Part shown: positions 60,465 to 64,000 of the stretch, in pieces
Layout: each line of letters opens with the position of its first letter
Position numbering within the stretch: the first letter of the stretch is position 1
Origin: Arcobacteraceae bacterium
Lineage (GTDB): Bacteria > Campylobacterota > Campylobacteria > Campylobacterales > Arcobacteraceae
Reading direction: 5' to 3'
DNA length: 64,000 bases
Assembly: GCA_963667095.1 (NCBI GenBank)
Contig: OY762960.1
Span: 1,978,591-2,042,590 of the forward strand
Position numbers and translations under genes: made by a program
The notes under the pieces: generated by a model
Database searches by the model: none
The model's input: only the letters and a program-made list of their open reading frames with translations
Told to the model about the DNA's origin: nothing

Positions 60465-62288
60465 TTATTTTTTTTCTACAATTCCCCAATATTCAATAAA
60501 CGCATCATCCACATCTATAATCTTTCTCTTTCTTAAGTCCTCAATCACGCTAGAAGTACACACTACATCATCTGGCCATCTTCGCTGAAAGTTATCATGT
60601 GAGTTTTTATTTGTCGCATCTATACTTATAGTATGCTCATCTATATAGATATCTCTATTGCTATCTATATTGTTTACAACTCTCCATACTAGCATATAAG
60701 GATTGTCTAAAGTATTATTTTTCTCATCTACAATTGCAAGTATCTTTATATGAGAGAATAGGGGCTTTAGTTCCTCTATGAGGTACTTTTGACTTCTGTT
60801 TTTCTCTACACTTACTACTACTATCGGATTCTTTGTATTCGTGTAGTATTGTTTTAAACCTTTGATATCTTTTGAGATATTTTGCATCTTTTCTAACAAT
60901 ACTGCATCTTCTAAAACTTCAATACCAAGCTCTTCTATCTCATCCCCGGTACAATCAACTCCAAGCTTTCCACCAACTGCAAACTTAGGACTGCTATGGT
61001 CAAGTGCATCTACTACACCTTTTGTTATAAGTAACTCTTGAGCATCAACTCTATTTAAAATATATGGGATAATTTCATCACTAGAAAGCTCTGGAGCATC
61101 TTGATTTACGAAAATTGCGTGTTTTACAAAACTCATCTGACCTACACCCCAAAATGCATGCATAATTTGTTGTGCGTGACCTGGATAGGCTGTTTTTATT
61201 TTTCCTAAGATAAGATTGTGGAATACACCATTTTCAGGCATATAGTAGTCCATCAAATCAGGTGCTGTAGTTTGAAGTAGGGGGAGAAAAATACGCTCTG
61301 TTGCATGACCCATATATTTATCTTCTAAAAGAGGTTTCCCCACAACAGTAGCTGCAAATACTGGGTTTTTCTTAGAGGTAATTGCAGTTACTTCTAAAAA
61401 TGGATATTCCTCTTCTAGGGTATAATACCCAGTATGATCTCCAAAAGGTCCTTCGATTCGCATATTCTCAACATCTACAAAACCCTCTATTACAAAGTCT
61501 ACATCGTGTGGTACATAGATATCATTTGTGATAGATTTTACAAGTCTTGCATTTTCTTTTTTTACAAAACCATAAAGCATAAGTTCAAATACACCTATAG
61601 GAAGTGGAGCTTGTCCACACCAAATATACATAGGGTCTCCACCGATACCAATACTTACAGGCATTTTTTTACCAGCTTTTTTGTACTCATGGAAGAAGTG
61701 ATTGCTATCTTTGTGTATCTGCCAATGCATTCCTAAAGTGTGGTCATCATACATTTGAAGTCTATACATCCCTACATTGTGCATCTTTCCATCTAGGCTT
61801 GTTGTATACACTTGTCCCATAGTGATAAATGGACCTCCATCTTGCTCCCAAGTAGTTAGGATTGGTAGGTCACTAAGTTTTGCTTCACTTCCAGTTTTTA
61901 TAACTTGTTGACATTCTCCTTTTCCACTTAATCTTTTAGGAAATACTGATTTTAGATTGAAAAGTTGTCCAAACATTGAAAGCTTATCCATAAAACCTGT
62001 TGGTGGTTTCATTTTTAAAAGGCTTTGAATCTCTTGTGCTATTGTATCCCCATCCCCTATGAAAAGTTCTACTGCTTTTGGAGAACAAAAAACATTCATA
62101 AGTACTGGTGTAGTAAACTCTTTATGATTCTTTTTATCTATAGGGTTTGTAAAAAGTAAAGCTTTGCTATCTTCTTTTTTTACTTCTATATAGGCAATAT
62201 GTGGAATCTCTAAGTATATATCAAGAGGTTCATCAATAATTGTAAGTAAGTTGTGTTGTTTAAGTTTGTTGATTATGTTATTTTCCAT
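60465..62288 (-). CDS. UbiD-family (prenyl-FMN dependent) decarboxylase, menaquinone/ubiquinone biosynthesis type
   Basis: ~600 aa. UbiD-like segments GGPFITMG, GMYR.Q, HWQIHKD, and GGDP. Confidence 0.8.
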   Translation of the reverse strand: MENNIINKLKQHNLLTIIDEPLDIYLEIPHIAYIEVKKEDSKALLFTNPIDKKNHKEFTTPVLMNVFCSPKAVELFIGDGDTIAQEIQSLLKMKPPTGFMDKLSMFGQLFNLKSVFPKRLSGKGECQQVIKTGSEAKLSDLPILTTWEQDGGPFITMGQVYTTSLDGKMHNVGMYRLQMYDDHTLGMHWQIHKDSNHFFHEYKKAGKKMPVSIGIGGDPMYIWCGQAPLPIGVFELMLYGFVKKENARLVKSITNDIYVPHDVDFVIEGFVDVENMRIEGPFGDHTGYYTLEEEYPFLEVTAITSKKNPVFAATVVGKPLLEDKYMGHATERIFLPLLQTTAPDLMDYYMPENGVFHNLILGKIKTAYPGHAQQIMHAFWGVGQMSFVKHAIFVNQDAPELSSDEIIPYILNRVDAQELLITKGVVDALDHSSPKFAVGGKLGVDCTGDEIEELGIEVLEDAVLLEKMQNISKDIKGLKQYYTNTKNPIVVVSVEKNRSQKYLIEELKPLFSHIKILAIVDEKNNTLDNPYMLVWRVVNNIDSNRDIYIDEHTISIDATNKNSHDNFQRRWPDDVVCTSSVIEDLRKRKIIDVDDAFIEYWGIVEKK

Positions 62289-62372
62289 GGGAATTATTAT
62301 ATCAAAAAGAGCTGTGATTTTATATACTTTTTTTGTTTCTTTATAGAGTTATGAATGTAAGAAATTTTTTTA

Positions 62373-62378
62373 TATAAT
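62373..62378 (+). promoter_or_regulatory. candidate -10 hexamer TATAAT for the beta-lactamase gene
   Basis: TATAAT lies 25 nt upstream of the ATG. AAGGAAG RBS at 62394-62400. Confidence 0.4.
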
Positions 62379-62403
62379 TATTAACATATAAAAAAGGAAG
62401 CTG

Positions 62404-63162
62404 ATGATTTTAGTGAGAGTTGTTTTGTTATTGTTCGTTCTTGGAAATATATCTTTTGCAGAAGATGAAGAGCTTAAAAAAATATTTCAAAAAGCAAATA
62501 TAGAAGGTACTTTAGTCTTATCAAGTTTAGATAGTAAACAAAACTATATATACAATATTAAAAGATCATTGACCCAATATATTCCCGCTTCAACATTCAA
62601 AATACCAAATACACTTATAGCTTTAGAAGAAAAAATAATTCAAGATGAGTATGAAATTATCATATGGGATGGAGTGATTCGAGCTTATGAACCTTGGAAT
62701 AAAAATCAAAATTTACAAACAGCAATCGCTGTCTCTTGTGTATGGTGTTATGATAAATTTGCTAAACAAATAGGGAAAGAAAAGTATTTAAAATATTTGC
62801 AAAAACTAGATTATGGAAATCATAAAGTAGGAGATACTGTATCAAAATTTTGGCTAGAAGGAGATATCAAAATATCTGCTATAGAACAAATTGACTTCTT
62901 ACAAAGGCTTTATAAAAATCAATTGCCATTTAATCAAAAATATAGTGATATTATAAAAAAAATATTAATCATTGAAAAGAATGACAACTATACTATTCGA
63001 GCAAAATCTGGTTGGTCTGGAACAGTTGGCTGGTATGTTGGTTATATTGAAAAAGCAGATGAAGTATGGTTTTTTGCTTTTACTGGAGATATTAATAAAG
63101 AACAGTTAAAATATAGAAAACAGGTAGTTATGGATGCATTAAAAATAAAAAGTCTTTTATAA
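62404..63162 (+). CDS. blaOXA: class D (OXA-type) beta-lactamase
   Basis: Signal peptide. Class D motifs appear in the correct order and spacing: STFK (62590-62601), SCV (S-x-V), YGN, W.EG and KSG. Confidence 0.88.
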   Translation: MILVRVVLLLFVLGNISFAEDEELKKIFQKANIEGTLVLSSLDSKQNYIYNIKRSLTQYIPASTFKIPNTLIALEEKIIQDEYEIIIWDGVIRAYEPWNKNQNLQTAIAVSCVWCYDKFAKQIGKEKYLKYLQKLDYGNHKVGDTVSKFWLEGDIKISAIEQIDFLQRLYKNQLPFNQKYSDIIKKILIIEKNDNYTIRAKSGWSGTVGWYVGYIEKADEVWFFAFTGDINKEQLKYRKQVVMDALKIKSLL

Positions 63163-64000
63163 TGATTTTTCCACTTTATCAATTTTATTTTCTAAAAGTT
63201 CAATGTGAACAATAAGGTTATAAAACTCTCCTTTATAGGAAAGAGGAACTTGTGTTTTTGTTTCTATATCTTCTTTTAAGTTGGCTATCTCTTTTTTGAT
63301 CTCTTCAAGGTTTTCATTGTTATTTATTTTTTTGTTCAGTGTATCCAATTTCTCATACCATCTGAATATTTTTGCACGAGTGGTTATCACATATAATGGG
63401 ATGATACTTTTAAAAAGTGGGATAATTAGCCAAATGAGTGGGATAATAAGTAGTTTTAATCTATCTATATTTGAAGCTATCCAATAAGGAAATATCTTTT
63501 CTAACCAGGATTCTCCATTGAGTAAATAAAGTTCTGCATCATCGTTGATAACTGTGTCTATATGTTCTGAGTTCAAAAATTCATCTGCATTTTGAAAAAA
63601 TGTTTTTTCCCCATGTATCTGTTGCACTTTTTTTAAAAACAATCTTATAAGCTCCCCAGGAACTTCAGGGTTACATACAAGATTTTGTGTAGTACTTAAA
63701 AGGTTTACATCTGATGATGGAAGATTTTTATACAAATCTATACTTCCTTCAAAAAGTTTTAAAGAGGTAAGGTAATCAAATTTTTGAGTATAAGCATTTA
63801 TCCTTTTTAGGCTCATAAGTTCTATATCTGGGTCTGCAAGTAAGTCTTGTATATTTTGATTGTCTTTTGTCGCAAGAGTGATAAAGATATCTATTTTTTT
63901 ATTTTTTAGTTGTGTGAGGGCATCTTCATCATAAATATAAGTAGTATTTACACTATCAATAAGTCCATTTGAAAGAGAGATTTTTTGTGCTAAATCGTAA
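63157..64000 (-). CDS. periplasmic solute-binding-like protein (TAXI/PhnD-like) with C-terminal TM anchor and coiled-coil tail; 5' end outside window
   Basis: The minus-strand frame stays open from 63816 to the window edge (YDLAQKISLSNGLIDS...). The C-terminus has TM helix LLIIPLIWLIIPLF and a Lys/Glu-rich coil. Family assignment is tentative. Confidence 0.5.
   Translation of the reverse strand, partial: YDLAQKISLSNGLIDSVNTTYIYDEDALTQLKNKKIDIFITLATKDNQNIQDLLADPDIELMSLKRINAYTQKFDYLTSLKLFEGSIDLYKNLPSSDVNLLSTTQNLVCNPEVPGELIRLFLKKVQQIHGEKTFFQNADEFLNSEHIDTVINDDAELYLLNGESWLEKIFPYWIASNIDRLKLLIIPLIWLIIPLFKSIIPLYVITTRAKIFRWYEKLDTLNKKINNNENLEEIKKEIANLKEDIETKTQVPLSYKGEFYNLIVHIELLENKIDKVEKSL

Noticed and set aside
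62289-64000. The OXA beta-lactamase as part of a transposon or integron
   Set aside because: No transposase, inverted repeats, attC-like site or compositional break is visible in the flanks. The downstream gene overlaps it convergently.
1-64000. CRISPR arrays, tRNA/rRNA genes, IS elements and phase-variable homopolymeric G/C tracts
   Set aside because: There are no regularly spaced direct repeats and no GC-rich structured segments or T-loop-like GGTTCGAA motifs in the short AT-rich intergenic gaps. The longest G or C runs seen are 5 nt (13709, 20627, 22777, 55257). A/T runs of 8-10 nt occur only in terminators or as ordinary Lys/Phe codon runs.

Overview
This is an AT-rich (about 28% GC by eye), densely packed chromosomal segment. 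Gene content and protein motifs fit a Campylobacterota genome of the Arcobacter/Aliarcobacter type. Most of the window is core metabolism and housekeeping. That includes a divergent TCA block (mdh, two-subunit class I fumarate hydratase, sucCD, oorDABC) and an oadGAB-pckA operon. It also includes malic enzyme, leuDB, guaA, nadB, trpB, apt, gmhAB, pepA, ruvB, recR, dnaJ, rpoD, ychF and cmoB, plus the fused cytochrome c synthase ccsBA.

I saw no rRNA, tRNA, CRISPR array, IS element, integrase or prophage block.

The less ordinary content is regulatory and accessory:
1. Three membrane sensors carry a periplasmic CxxCH (c-type haem) motif: two GGDEF cyclases and one histidine kinase. The kinase sits directly upstream of ccsBA. 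The two cyclases also share a cytoplasmic Cys cluster.
2. dnaJ, an MBL hydrolase, a GGAEF protein and a GGEEF cyclase form a string with overlapping or closely spaced reading frames. The GGAEF protein has a degenerate active site but keeps its RxxD I-site.
3. An orphan CI/LexA-like S24 repressor has a consensus promoter abutted by a perfect 21-bp palindrome. A partial copy of that site lies upstream of ruvB.
4. A 35-nt promoter/operator module (GTGACA-N6-GTGACA plus an extended -10) is duplicated at 34/35 identity. The copies precede an unknown lipoprotein gene and an orphan pseudopilin gene.
5. A dimeric-type dUTPase carries an ~85-aa N-terminal extension that looks like an HTH domain. An untracked Cys4 mini-ORF lies just upstream.
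6. A chromosomal class D (OXA-type) beta-lactamase is present.

All functional calls rest on motif recognition in the supplied translations and on reading the DNA directly. No database search was possible.
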